Notes: generated by a model not told the origin, from the letters alone. 64,000 bases of DNA from Candidatus Geocrenenecus huangii (GCA_023254095.1 JALNLM010000001.1:64001-128000), one strand, 5' to 3'. Positions 10,609 to 20,960 are shown, counted from the first letter of the stretch. Numbers and translations: made by a program.

Positions 10609-10813
10609 ACCGTAAACCTCATCGAGTTACTTTATTTCTGACAAGATAAACATTTCCAATATTCTGATTTCGACGAAGCTGGAATATCCTATTCTAGTAC
10701 GACTAAATACTAAAATGTCCTAAATGTTTCTTCTCAAAAAGACTTATTAGAAGCAGAGAAACATCTTAAGAGTGTTGAGAGGTAAGGATAAGGAGTGTAG
10801 TCGAGGTTCCAGT

Positions 10814-11065
10814 ATGAGTAGCTCGGCTTTACCTAGTAGGGAACAAGCAAAGACCATTCGTGATTTAAGGGAGAGCCTTGAATTGATAGTTTCTGGAACG
10901 GGCTTGGTTCATACTGAGTATGGAGGATTCATGATTGAAGTCATAGATTTCGCACGTTTCCCCTACGGTGATGTTATTACAACCTTGATAAAACATGGTT
11001 TCGAGATTTGGATCACTCTAAGAGATGACAGGCCACAAATAATTGCTTGTGTCAAAGGAGATTAA
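10814..11065 (+). CDS. Small hypothetical protein
   Basis: 83-aa ORF with a GAGGT SD before ATG 10814; no recognised motif. Confidence 0.55.
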   Translation: MSSSALPSREQAKTIRDLRESLELIVSGTGLVHTEYGGFMIEVIDFARFPYGDVITTLIKHGFEIWITLRDDRPQIIACVKGD

Positions 11066-12462
11066 GCAGACATTAAAGGAAGCTGGATCAACACGATTAA
11101 CATAGCAAGTAAGACTGTAGGTATTGTGACCGCGACCCCGTAGGGTATCCAGTATCTTAAAGTAAGATGTACACCTATTCTTTTCTCCAATGTACCGATC
11201 GCGACGATGTTAGCCGTACTACCAATAAGCGTTAAATTACCCCAGAATGTCCCCGTAAATAGAAGTGACCACCAAAGTGGATAATTATTTACGCCTAGCT
11301 CTCCTATTGTTTGGATAATCGGTATCCATGTAGCAACTGCTAGAACATTATCCATGAAAGCTGTCATTATCCCCCCAGCAAGAAAAACACTCAATATAAT
11401 GTTTTCGAGCACCCCGTTTGTCGAATTATATATTATCTCTGCTAATACTTTTACGGTTCCAACATGCTTCAATGTGCCTACACTTGCAAAGAATATCAAA
11501 AAGAAGATTAGCGTCCACCAATCAATCCTTCTCTCTACGATCTCCCTCGCATGCTCCTTCTCTAAGAAGAGTACTATTCCAGCAAAGAAGAAAGGTATTC
11601 CTAGTAGCATGGAATTCTTAGTAAGTCCGAGTAATTCTTCTAATGGTGTATGGAATACTAGACCTAGGATGGTGGCAAGAAATATTAAAGCAGGTATACG
11701 TATATCAGGCGCCTCTTTAACAACCTCTTCCATTTCCTCAATTTTGGCTCTTTCATTTCTTACCGCCTTCTCCAGTTCCGTTATCTCTTTCTTGAACACT
11801 ATACGGCATATGACTAAAACCAGGAATAAAGAGATTATAGCTGTCGGCGTAGCCCATCTGAGAAACTCCGTGAAGCTTAATTTTGCATTGAAAGCTATCA
11901 TTACTCCTACAGGGTTTCCGACGACTGTCGCAGAACTTCCTATGTTTGTTGCAAATATAGACATGACAATGAAGGGGACGGGATTAATCTTATACCTTGA
12001 AGTATAGTCTAGGATCACTGCAACCATTATTAATATAGAAGTAACCTCATCTACTAGCGCAGCGAGAAGAGCTGACATCACCAAGAAAAAGATCATGACT
12101 ATGTTAGGTCTATCTCCAGTAAACCTCACGACCCTATCAATTAGCACTTCGAAGAATCTTTTTTCCTCAAGGTATCCGACTATAACCATCATAGAGGCAA
12201 GGAAAAGAATTGTATCGAGTTGCGCGAAATCCTTAATCGATCTTACATCTATCAAATTTACACCTAACATGAAAGATAAGGCAATAAACGCGAAGAGAAC
12301 TCTATATCTCCAAAACATCAAAGTTGCACCGACCATACTTCCTAACACTAGGAGAGAGAACATCTGTAGATTATTCAAGCCTAAAAGATTCGAAAGTAAG
12401 ATTAGACTTATAAGCAGGCCTACAAACTTAACCACCTGACCAGGGAACTTCATGCTCATCAC
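11062..12462 (-). CDS. ArsB/NhaD (SLC13/CitMHS-like) ion transporter
   Basis: Many TM helices; repeated TNIGSSATVVGNP / GNLTLIGSTAN and DEV / DNV motifs. Confidence 0.88.
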   Translation of the reverse strand: MMSMKFPGQVVKFVGLLISLILLSNLLGLNNLQMFSLLVLGSMVGATLMFWRYRVLFAFIALSFMLGVNLIDVRSIKDFAQLDTILFLASMMVIVGYLEEKRFFEVLIDRVVRFTGDRPNIVMIFFLVMSALLAALVDEVTSILIMVAVILDYTSRYKINPVPFIVMSIFATNIGSSATVVGNPVGVMIAFNAKLSFTEFLRWATPTAIISLFLVLVICRIVFKKEITELEKAVRNERAKIEEMEEVVKEAPDIRIPALIFLATILGLVFHTPLEELLGLTKNSMLLGIPFFFAGIVLFLEKEHAREIVERRIDWWTLIFFLIFFASVGTLKHVGTVKVLAEIIYNSTNGVLENIILSVFLAGGIMTAFMDNVLAVATWIPIIQTIGELGVNNYPLWWSLLFTGTFWGNLTLIGSTANIVAIGTLEKRIGVHLTLRYWIPYGVAVTIPTVLLAMLIVLIQLPLMSA

Positions 12463-12513
12463 TTAGTAACTATAATCATTCAGACACCTTATCTCTTAAT
12501 TTTACTTATGAGA

Positions 12514-12587
12514 TGGGCCCGGTGGGATTCGAACCCACGACCAACGGGTTATGAGCCCGCTGCTCTACCAGGCTGAGCTACGGGCCC
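12514..12587 (-). tRNA. tRNA with CAT anticodon, most likely tRNA-Ile2 (agmatidine-modified)
   Basis: GGGCCCGTAGCTCAGCCTGGTAGAGCA GCGGG CTCATAA CCCGT ... CGGGCCCA. The GGGCCC acceptor is typical of archaeal Ile(CAU) rather than Met. No intron. Confidence 0.88.
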
Positions 12588-12718
12588 TATTCTCTACATG
12601 TTTACTGGTTGAATTTAATTGTTATCCGTATCCTACCGAGGTAGCGTCCCTATTTTACTTTTCCATCGTTTTAGCTTGTTGAAGTTTAAATTTGGATGTT
12701 TCAACATAATTTTCAAAG

Positions 12719-13768
12719 TTGAGAATCGCTGTAGTAGGGGTTGGTGTAGCAGGTTCATATCTTCTATCCAGGCTTAGAGACCAGTATAGAGTTGATGGAT
12801 ACGAGATGCTTGCCCGTTCCAGGTACTTCCCTATCTGCGCCTGGGGTACTTCAAGAAACATGATGAAGAATTTCGCGAACAAAGTTGGTTTAAACTTTGA
12901 AGAATATATACTACATACCGGTAAAGAGTTGATAGTTGATCTCGGTAGAGAACTCCACCACATAAAGTTGAGAGGACTTTGTACATTTGATAAGAAGAGA
13001 TTCGAGGAAGACTTGTTAGAAGACTGTGAAGTAAGATTTGGGAGTAGAATAACATCTATGCCAGACGGATATGACTTAGTAATCGATTCAACTGGATTCA
13101 ATAGATCTCTTTTACCAAAAGTGAAGAATGATTATTTTATCCCAACAGTAGAATATCGTGTTAAATTCAGTAATCCACCTTTCGACGATTTCTACATCAA
13201 GCCATTTAGAGAACTTTCTGGATATCTTTGGTACTTCCCTCTAGGTGGAAACCTGTATCATGTCGGCGCAGGCGACTACTTCAAAAGACATTCCAGAACT
13301 GTTGATGAATTCGTTAAGAAGTATGGTGGAGAAGTTCTAATGAAGATCGGTAGACCAGTAAGGATTACTCCTCCTTTGTATTGTCAGCCAATATATATGG
13401 AAAAGATAGTAGGAGTAGGTGAATCGATCGGAACAGTATTTCCAATGTTGGGAGAGGGAATAATTCCAAGCCTATATTCTGCGGAGGCCTTGGTCGAGAA
13501 CCTTTACAATATTGAAAGATACAGGAAAACCATTCTACGGATGTTTAAGCCATTTGGCACAGTCTTCGAGTTCATCCATAGAGCATTGACTCGAAACATA
13601 GACCTTAAGAGGGATTGGTTCATCCTATTCAAGATATATCTACATATGCGGTTTAGAGAGGAAAGATATGGCGTTCAAGCAAGGATAAGAGACTTCCTAA
13701 AAGTAGTTGGCGCTGCACGTCAAAGTAATATAATGTTTTGTGAGAAGCGTTCATCAGTAGAAGTGTAA
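12719..13768 (+). CDS. FAD-dependent oxidoreductase, geranylgeranyl reductase-like
   Basis: GVGVAG Rossmann motif, GYLWYFP, VGESIGTVFPMLGEGI. Confidence 0.8.
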   Translation: MRIAVVGVGVAGSYLLSRLRDQYRVDGYEMLARSRYFPICAWGTSRNMMKNFANKVGLNFEEYILHTGKELIVDLGRELHHIKLRGLCTFDKKRFEEDLLEDCEVRFGSRITSMPDGYDLVIDSTGFNRSLLPKVKNDYFIPTVEYRVKFSNPPFDDFYIKPFRELSGYLWYFPLGGNLYHVGAGDYFKRHSRTVDEFVKKYGGEVLMKIGRPVRITPPLYCQPIYMEKIVGVGESIGTVFPMLGEGIIPSLYSAEALVENLYNIERYRKTILRMFKPFGTVFEFIHRALTRNIDLKRDWFILFKIYLHMRFREERYGVQARIRDFLKVVGAARQSNIMFCEKRSSVEV

Positions 13769-13777
13769 GAGTGATAT

Positions 13778-14914
13778 TCATCCTGACAAGATCCTCTCTA
13801 ATATCCTGGAATATATCTTTGAGGCTCTATCTAGCTCACATATTTCGATAGATTCATCAATAGTGTGTGCTTGTTCTATTCTTCCTGGACCTAGAATAAT
13901 TGTAGGTATTCTTGCTTGATTGACTATGAAGCTCATATCACATGTAGCTTTGAAACCTTTCACATTTCTTCTCATTCCTAATATTTCTAATATCGATTGC
14001 TGCGCTACTTTTACTAAGAAGTTCCTTCTCGGAGTTTCCGCTGATGGAATGTAATTCACCACTCTGATATGATAGTTATCTCTAGGTACGTCTCTCCTTA
14101 CTATCTTCTCCAAACTTCTAATTGTTTTGTCGAGCTTCATCGATGGAGGCATCCTCACGTCTAGGGTTATCGTACATTTATCTGGGATAACGTTATCCTT
14201 AATCCCGCCTCTAATCATGGTGACAGTATAAGTTGGATATCCTAAGAGAACGTGTTTCTCTCCAAGTTTTACTGTTTGAATTCTTTCTATAAATCTAGAC
14301 GCATAATATATTGCATTTACGCCCTTAGAAGGTGTACTCGCATGCGTTGAACGTCCATGAAAATCTACTTCAATCACTAGTCTACCTTTGTGAGCTGTAC
14401 AAACACTCAATGAAGTTGGTTCTCCAACTATTGCGTAGTCTGTTCTTAAACCGCTTGCAACCAACTTCTTAGTACCTTTACCTTCGACTTCTTCATCTGC
14501 TACAGCAGCAAGGATTATCCTACCTTTAATCGGCCAGCCTTTATCAGCGAGCTCTCTTAATGCCCCGAGAAAAGCGGCCAAGATACCTTTAGCGTCTACG
14601 GCTCCTCTACCATATATTCTGCCTCCTCTTATTTCTCCACTAAATGGGGGGAAACTCCATTTTTCTCTATCTCCGGCTGGAACAGTATCTAGATGGGTAT
14701 TCAGCATTATGGAGGGGTGCTGATATTCTTCTCCATATACTCCAATAACATTGGCCCTAGACTCTTCAAATCTATCGATCGTAGTCTTCATGCCTATTTT
14801 TGCTAATTCATCTGCTATGAAGCTAGCTGTTTCAAATTCTCTTCCGGGAGGATTCTCACTATTAATCCTAATCAATTTAGATGCGATGTTTACGACGTAA
14901 TTAAGTGCAGCCAT
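13778..14914 (-). CDS. M20 family metallopeptidase/deacylase (ArgE/DapE-like)
   Basis: THLDTVP, GRGAVDAKG, DEE, GEPT, AHTIDE metal ligands. Confidence 0.9.
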   Translation of the reverse strand: MAALNYVVNIASKLIRINSENPPGREFETASFIADELAKIGMKTTIDRFEESRANVIGVYGEEYQHPSIMLNTHLDTVPAGDREKWSFPPFSGEIRGGRIYGRGAVDAKGILAAFLGALRELADKGWPIKGRIILAAVADEEVEGKGTKKLVASGLRTDYAIVGEPTSLSVCTAHKGRLVIEVDFHGRSTHASTPSKGVNAIYYASRFIERIQTVKLGEKHVLLGYPTYTVTMIRGGIKDNVIPDKCTITLDVRMPPSMKLDKTIRSLEKIVRRDVPRDNYHIRVVNYIPSAETPRRNFLVKVAQQSILEILGMRRNVKGFKATCDMSFIVNQARIPTIILGPGRIEQAHTIDESIEICELDRASKIYSRILERILSG

Positions 14915-15016
14915 ACCCTTATTCGCATATAATATAAAGAATTATTCGTAGAAATATATTGTTCCCTGGTAATACTGATGTTCTCCGACCTTTTCTGAAT
15001 TTGTCGATAAAGTCCT

Positions 15017-15259
15017 TTACTCTCGTCTTGTCTCTACGGTTACTTCTAATTTACTAGCTTCTTTCTCGATCTCCGGTGGAACCCTCACAACTTTCGTATT
15101 TCTTAGAGATTTCTTCTTTCTAGGCGAATTTCTCAATAATATTCCACAGTAAGGACATCGTACACTTTCTGTCAAATAGTAGACTCTACATCTTGAACAG
15201 TACTTGTAGCCGTTGGCGTAGCTCCTTCTTAAAGACATTTTCGGTTGCTCCAACAACAT
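15017..15259 (-). CDS. Small zinc-ribbon (CxxC...CPxCG) protein
   Basis: YKYCSRC...RCPYCG followed by a basic stretch. Confidence 0.7.
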   Translation of the reverse strand: MLLEQPKMSLRRSYANGYKYCSRCRVYYLTESVRCPYCGILLRNSPRKKKSLRNTKVVRVPPEIEKEASKLEVTVETRRE

Positions 15260-15317
15260 TCTTCTCCCGCCTCCGCTATATGAGTGTAACTACACTCTCA
15301 TAAATCTTATCTAATAG

Positions 15318-16385
15318 ATGTATATAGGTCTATATAGGCGAAGGAGCTTGGAGGCCAGTAAACAATATAGGAGAATCCAGCAAGTAGGTGAGGGAACATA
15401 CAGTATAACGCTCCCTAAGCATTGGATTGTCGAGAAGGGATTAAAGAAAGGTGATCTACTGACTGTTATTGAAGAATCTGATGGTTCTTTGAAGATCCAG
15501 CCGCCGGTCAAATTTCAGAAAGAGTTATCGGCGACCATTAACGCTGAGCTATGTACTTCATCTGTACAGCTTACCAGGATGATAATTGGATGCTACGTCC
15601 AAGGATACGATGTTGTTAAGATACAATCGATGAAAGGTTTTACAGGGGAGCAGCTAGAAGAGATATCGAAGACTATTGATAGATTGCCAGCTTTCGAGAT
15701 AGTTGAACATAACCCTCAGAGAATAGTGATCCAGAGCTTCATAGATCCTGGGAGATTCCCGATAGAAGGATTGTTGAAGAGGTTCCAAGTTATGGTTTCA
15801 TCGATGTTGAGCCAACTTGCAGACTTGCTAAGCATGGGTGATGAAAACATTATAAAGAGTATCGAGAAACAGGAAGAAAGGGTAGATGAATTATACTTCC
15901 TTATAGTAAGACTGCTCTTTACTTATCTGAGGAGGAGGGAACTGGGGAAGGTTCTCGGCATAGATAGCCCAATCTACGTAGTCGGAGCGAGATTGGTGAC
16001 CAAGTCTCTTGAAGAGATCGCAGATTATGTCTATGATGTTTCAATGGAATGCTTAAACTTGAGGAGAAGAGGGTTATGGCTTGATAAGAACACTACTGTG
16101 GAGCTTTCCAAGAATGCAGAGAGAATTCAAGATATATTTGATAAGTGTATGACGGCTTTCTTCAGCTTAGAGATCAATGTTGCTGATGAGGTGCTCAACG
16201 AGATCAGTGAAAGTATTACCTTAAGTAAGGCTGGTCAAGTACTGGCAGGAGATCCAAGAATTCTCCCATCGGCCAGATATATCTCATGGGCTCTTGGATA
16301 CATAGCTAATGAATGCAAAGTTATCGCTGAAATAGTCTTTAACAGATTTGTTAGAGAAGATACACCTATATGCAGTACTAGCTAA
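15318..16385 (+). CDS. AbrB-PhoU phosphate uptake regulator
   Basis: RRIQQVGEGTYSITLPKHW AbrB domain plus PhoU repeats (VDELYFLIVR, KSLEEIADY). Start may be TTG at 15348. Confidence 0.88.
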   Translation: MYIGLYRRRSLEASKQYRRIQQVGEGTYSITLPKHWIVEKGLKKGDLLTVIEESDGSLKIQPPVKFQKELSATINAELCTSSVQLTRMIIGCYVQGYDVVKIQSMKGFTGEQLEEISKTIDRLPAFEIVEHNPQRIVIQSFIDPGRFPIEGLLKRFQVMVSSMLSQLADLLSMGDENIIKSIEKQEERVDELYFLIVRLLFTYLRRRELGKVLGIDSPIYVVGARLVTKSLEEIADYVYDVSMECLNLRRRGLWLDKNTTVELSKNAERIQDIFDKCMTAFFSLEINVADEVLNEISESITLSKAGQVLAGDPRILPSARYISWALGYIANECKVIAEIVFNRFVREDTPICSTS

Positions 16386-17518
16386 TGAGGCCTGTTAGAG
16401 ATCTTCATTAGGAATATTAACGGTGAAGCTGACAAGATTATGAGAGAGGTAATGGTGAAAGCAATCGAGACATTGAGATGATCTAATAGTAAGCCGATGA
16501 AAGGTGGTACAACGATAAAACTTAGACCTATTATACTCTCGAGAAAACCAATCGATATACTTCTATATCCTGATTCTACTTTTTTACTTATTAAGCTGAA
16601 GGATGCTACAAAATAAGCTCCATTAATGAGTCCCGCAATCGTTAAAGTGGGGAAAATTATCTCTGGTAGAGCATATACGTGGAGGAATATCACAAGAGAC
16701 TGCAAAACTAGTGATAGAATCAGGATTTTAGCTTCATCTATTATTTCAAGCCTGCTCACCAGCATGTATGCAGCCGTCCTCGCTACCCCGAATACCGTGA
16801 ATAATGCTCCAACCATGAAGTTACTCCATCCAGATTCATATAAGTATGAAGGAGAGATGAGAATATAGCAAGCCATACCTATCGTAAAGAAGAAGACCAT
16901 AACATATAGAGGCCAGATACTAGTTAATCCTCCTGCTTTAAAGCTGATCTTGATACTTTCCCTCAAACGTAGCTCCCCCATCAAATAGATAAATGGGATA
17001 GCCAGAGCACATACTATTCCCGAAATAGCGAATAACATTCTAAGGCTAGTTAATTCAGCGATTACTCCTCCTAGAATAGGGCCTACAAAGTAGGCGGTAG
17101 ACCATGAAGTCGAAAAACTGGAGTATACTTTCCACCTCGAGTTCTCTGGGAAGAATTCAGCTATGATAGATTCTGCAATAGGCCAGTAGAACACTAACGA
17201 TACTCCGAGCAGAAAGTTTGCTATTCCTATCTCTATGTAGTTATGCGAAAAAGCTAGAGATAGGAGCCCTATGAAGGATAGAAATGAGCTGAAAAGATAC
17301 AATTTCCTCATATCATGTTTACCCATGACCAGTCCTATCAGTATTGGCAGAACTGCGTAGGGAGTTGACCTAACACTTCCAATAACTCCGACTATAGTAT
17401 AGCCGGCTCCGAGTCCCTGAAGAAATATTGGTATGAAGTAAGCTGGGCTGGATAATCCAAGCCCTATTATAAAAGCGGAGATATGTAATTTTAATTCAAG
17501 AGAAGACATCTTTCTCAA
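16382..17518 (-). CDS. MFS transporter
   Basis: About 12 TM helices; GPILGG motif C. Confidence 0.85.
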   Translation of the reverse strand: MRKMSSLELKLHISAFIIGLGLSSPAYFIPIFLQGLGAGYTIVGVIGSVRSTPYAVLPILIGLVMGKHDMRKLYLFSSFLSFIGLLSLAFSHNYIEIGIANFLLGVSLVFYWPIAESIIAEFFPENSRWKVYSSFSTSWSTAYFVGPILGGVIAELTSLRMLFAISGIVCALAIPFIYLMGELRLRESIKISFKAGGLTSIWPLYVMVFFFTIGMACYILISPSYLYESGWSNFMVGALFTVFGVARTAAYMLVSRLEIIDEAKILILSLVLQSLVIFLHVYALPEIIFPTLTIAGLINGAYFVASFSLISKKVESGYRSISIGFLESIIGLSFIVVPPFIGLLLDHLNVSIAFTITSLIILSASPLIFLMKISNRPH

Positions 17519-17558
17519 GGACGATCTCTCCCTGACATGTCTCCGTCAGACCTACCAA

Positions 17559-17702
17559 CTAGTACAATTCACATAATATGTATGCTAGGAAAGCAGCGAT
17601 AATCATTGCTGAATAATCAGATAAGGTACTCCAGTTAACTAATACTCCTACACTTATTATGGTGACTGCGATTAACCTCTTCAACAACTTTGAAATATTC
17701 AT
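17559..17702 (-). CDS. Putative 47-aa two-TM microprotein
   Basis: MNISKLLKRLIAVTIISVGVLVNWSTLSDYSAMIIAAFLAYILCELY; fills the gap upstream of the MFS gene. Confidence 0.4.
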   Translation of the reverse strand: MNISKLLKRLIAVTIISVGVLVNWSTLSDYSAMIIAAFLAYILCELY

Positions 17703-17792
17703 GAATTATCTCAGATTTCTTCATCATATAAACTTATAAAGGAAAAACCTCTATTAACTCGAGGATAATGAAGAGATTTATAAATAGTCGAT

Positions 17793-18452
17793 CTACATCT
17801 TCTCGCTCTCTCTATACAATCCCCTATCACCGACAAATGGGTTATAGATTTTCTCTACACCTATAGTTGTTGATGGGCCATGACCTGGATATACCGAGTA
17901 ATCTTCTGGCAGACTTAGCAGTTTATTTAATGAGTTGAGAAGCTGCCTTAGATTTCCTCCAGGTAGATCATGTCTACCGACTGCGCCGGCAAATAGTGTA
18001 TCTCCCGTAAACACTGCGCCATCTAAGACGTAAGACACGCTTCCAGGAGTATGTCCTGGAGTATGCAAAACCTTTATCTCGCTACCGCCTATTTTCACTA
18101 TATCTCCATCCTTTATGTATTCATCAGGAGCAGGGGGTTCAAGGCATCTTTCTCCAGTGATCTCTTTACAGGCTATCGTGGCCTTCATGAGTATGTCTAA
18201 GTCTTCTCTATGGATATAGAACTTGCATTCCAGGTATTCTTTGAGTTCTCTAACCGCTAATACATGGTCGAAGTGCCCATGTGTAGCATATATCGCTTTT
18301 ACCTCAACCCTGTTCCTTTCAATATTCTTGAAAATCTTTTCTGCTTCATCTCCAGCATCTATCAAGATACCTTCTCTTATTACTGGATCAAAGACCAAGT
18401 AGGAATTACTCATCAATAGCCCAACTATTATCCTGTCGACCATCAACATCAA
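17793..18452 (-). CDS. MBL-fold hydrolase (glyoxalase II-like)
   Basis: THGHFDH, HTPGHTPG, FTGDTLF, PGHG. Confidence 0.92.
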   Translation of the reverse strand: MMLMVDRIIVGLLMSNSYLVFDPVIREGILIDAGDEAEKIFKNIERNRVEVKAIYATHGHFDHVLAVRELKEYLECKFYIHREDLDILMKATIACKEITGERCLEPPAPDEYIKDGDIVKIGGSEIKVLHTPGHTPGSVSYVLDGAVFTGDTLFAGAVGRHDLPGGNLRQLLNSLNKLLSLPEDYSVYPGHGPSTTIGVEKIYNPFVGDRGLYRESEKM

Positions 18453-18557
18453 TTGGCGCCCCCTAATGACTACGTTATCATCGAGATTTATTCATTTACC
18501 TTGATTAAAACGTGTGTGGGTAGTTCGACAAAGCTTAAATTCCGAGTAGAGATATCG

Positions 18558-19124
18558 TTGGTGGATGTTTTGAAGCCTACTGATATTTTGAAGAATGAGC
18601 ATGTCGAGATAAAGAAGGCACTCTCAATATTGAACGTCATAGTAGAGAAGATAGAATCATCGGAAAAAGTCTCTATAGAGGACCTAGAGAAGATCATCAA
18701 TTTCATCAGAATATTCGCTGATAAGTGTCATCATGGAAAAGAAGAGAAGATTCTTTTTCCAAAGCTAGAGGAGGCCGGCATTCCCAGATATGGCGGTCCG
18801 ATCGGCGTGATGTTGATGGAGCATGAAGAAGGTAGGAGATACGTTAAGAATATGGTTGAAAACATTGAGAATCTCAAGAAAGGAGTGGAGACGGCTCTGG
18901 ACATTTTTAAGGATAATGCAGTAAATTACGTGGCCTTACTAGAGAATCACATCTGGAAAGAAGACAACATACTGTTCCATTTAGCTGACCAACATATTTC
19001 TCCAAGCAAGCAAGAAGAGTTACTCCTCATATTTGAAGAGTTTGAAGAAAAAATCATTGGGGAAGAACACGAGAAGCAGCTCGAAGCACTCAGGAAGCTC
19101 GAGGAAACATATCTGAAAAAATAG
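18558..19124 (+). CDS. Hemerythrin-domain protein
   Basis: EH...DKCHHGKEE...EHEEGR...HIWKED. Start placed at TTG 18558. Confidence 0.88.
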   Translation: MVDVLKPTDILKNEHVEIKKALSILNVIVEKIESSEKVSIEDLEKIINFIRIFADKCHHGKEEKILFPKLEEAGIPRYGGPIGVMLMEHEEGRRYVKNMVENIENLKKGVETALDIFKDNAVNYVALLENHIWKEDNILFHLADQHISPSKQEELLLIFEEFEEKIIGEEHEKQLEALRKLEETYLKK

Positions 19125-19284
19125 TTATCAAATTCTGATAATCAAATTCTACGATTACGTTCATAAAATATTGCTGAGAACATGTTGAAGACTTTATCCC
19201 AGCTGGTAAAGGTATTATCCAGCATCGCATGTTTCTCACTAAATAGAGAAACTTAATAATCACTGAGTATGTGATATTTCCAGT

Positions 19285-19563
19285 ATGAAGGTCCCAGAGT
19301 CCATTAATACTTATTGTCCGAGATGCCGTAAATATACTGAGCATAAGGTAACATTATATAAGAAGGGTAAAGATAGAGCTTTAGCTGAGGGTGCGCGAAG
19401 ACATGAGAGAGAACTGCACGGGTATGGTGGTCAGAAGTATCCTCTACAAAGGAAGAAGTCGAAGACTACTCAGAAGCAGACTCTTAAGCTAATCTGTAAA
19501 GAATGCAATTACACTATCCACAGGGAAGGCGTGAGATTGAAGAAACTAGAGATAACACGTTAG
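19285..19563 (+). CDS. rpl44e: 50S ribosomal protein L44e (eL42)
   Basis: TYCPRC..TEH, GYGGQ, KLICKEC. Confidence 0.96.
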   Translation: MKVPESINTYCPRCRKYTEHKVTLYKKGKDRALAEGARRHERELHGYGGQKYPLQRKKSKTTQKQTLKLICKECNYTIHREGVRLKKLEITR

Positions 19564-20894
19564 AGTTTCTCCCTAGCCTTATACAATTCGTCCAGCTTAG
19601 CTTCTAGAATCTCCAAGCCTCTCTCTAACAATTCCTCTCTCATATTTAGAGGTGGGGAGAGAACTATGATAGATTCTCTTTCTAGTCTCAGCAGCAAGCC
19701 ACTCCTAAAACATTCATTGATAAATTCCTTGGCAAGAGCTCTTGAAGACCTATATTTATCGACAAACTCGAAGCCTACATACATCCCCTTCCCATTCACT
19801 TTAGTTATGAATTCAAGTTCCTCGGCAATTTCTTCGATCTTCTTCTTTATGTTTCTACCAATCCTTTCTGCTCGTTCAATCAAACCCTCATCTTTCAATA
19901 TCTCTAGGACTGTAGATGCCATGGTTATTGTAAGAATATTTCCACCTATCTCAGGGTCAATATATTTTGGCTCGAGGTCAAGTAGTCTACTTCTAGCTAC
20001 TAGGAGACCCAGAGGCTGTCCTTGAGAAATCTGCGAACCGAGAATTACGATATCTGCGTCAACGTCATAATAATCGAGGATAAACCATCTACCAGTCCTA
20101 GCCGGAGCAGATATAGATTCATCGATGATTAACAATATTTTATTCTGTTTACAGAATTTCTTTAAGTCCTTTAGATATTCTTCAGGAGGTGATACACCAT
20201 CACTCCTCAATGGTTGCATGATTATGGCCCCGGCATTCTCTAGGATGCCTTGGGATAGCATGTCCTCTAGGTAGCCAAGGCAATCTACTTCACATCTACT
20301 TCTTCCATGTTTTAGGAGACATCTTGAACATTCAGGGTAAGGAACACGTACGAAGCCGGAAGCTTCTTCAAATCTTCTCCACTTAGTAGCTATATCAGTC
20401 GATATAGATTGGGCTCCAAGAGTTAAACCATGGTAAGATCCTGTGAAGCCTACTATTATTCTCCTGCCAGTATTTAGTCTAGCTATCCTTATAGCTGATT
20501 CTACGGCCTCGGACCTTGAATCAAGCATCAGTATACGACCTTCATCTCTTATAGGGGAAATTCCAAGCAATCTTTCTGCGAACTCTATGAATTCTTCACT
20601 ATATGATTTCTGGAAAGTAAAGAATCTTCCATCCTCTATTAATCTTGAAATAGCTTCGGAAATTCTTGGATGACTCCCACCTAGTAGTAGGCTTCCTCCC
20701 CCTGATGTGAAGTCTAGGTAAGTGTTCTCATTCGGGTCTGTTACAACTCCTTCATCTATCTTCTTAACAATTAGAGGATATGGAGGTTGAAAAGAACGAG
20801 AAAAGAGCTTACATGTTTTCTCAATAATTTTAGATGAATCATTCGAGGAAAACTTTTTAAATCCTTCATTGTTTTCCCGAGTCATTTCACTCAA
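19560..20894 (-). CDS. Class III aminotransferase homolog lacking the catalytic lysine
   Basis: Fold motifs YLDFTSG, SYHGLT, LLIIDE...RTG are present, but the Lys site reads ILGSQISQG. Confidence 0.85.
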   Translation of the reverse strand: MSEMTRENNEGFKKFSSNDSSKIIEKTCKLFSRSFQPPYPLIVKKIDEGVVTDPNENTYLDFTSGGGSLLLGGSHPRISEAISRLIEDGRFFTFQKSYSEEFIEFAERLLGISPIRDEGRILMLDSRSEAVESAIRIARLNTGRRIIVGFTGSYHGLTLGAQSISTDIATKWRRFEEASGFVRVPYPECSRCLLKHGRSRCEVDCLGYLEDMLSQGILENAGAIIMQPLRSDGVSPPEEYLKDLKKFCKQNKILLIIDESISAPARTGRWFILDYYDVDADIVILGSQISQGQPLGLLVARSRLLDLEPKYIDPEIGGNILTITMASTVLEILKDEGLIERAERIGRNIKKKIEEIAEELEFITKVNGKGMYVGFEFVDKYRSSRALAKEFINECFRSGLLLRLERESIIVLSPPLNMREELLERGLEILEAKLDELYKAREKL

Positions 20895-20960
20895 CTAGTA
20901 AGCCTCTTCTAAATCTATAACCATTTGCCTATATGATGTAAGAAACTTAAATGTTCCAGG

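Noticed and set aside
11354-12007. Long antisense ORFs (217 aa here; also 29078-29506, 50323-50802, 47366-47821 and others)
   Set aside because: They are shadows of well-supported genes on the opposite strand, with no motifs.
12514-12587. tRNA-Met
   Set aside because: It lacks the initiator A1-U72 pair, and the GGGCCC acceptor fits Ile2 better than elongator Met.
15017-15259. RNA polymerase subunit Rpo12/RpoP
   Set aside because: It shares CxxC...CPYCG, but the spacing, the N- and C-terminal extensions and the gene context do not fit. Left as a generic Zn ribbon.
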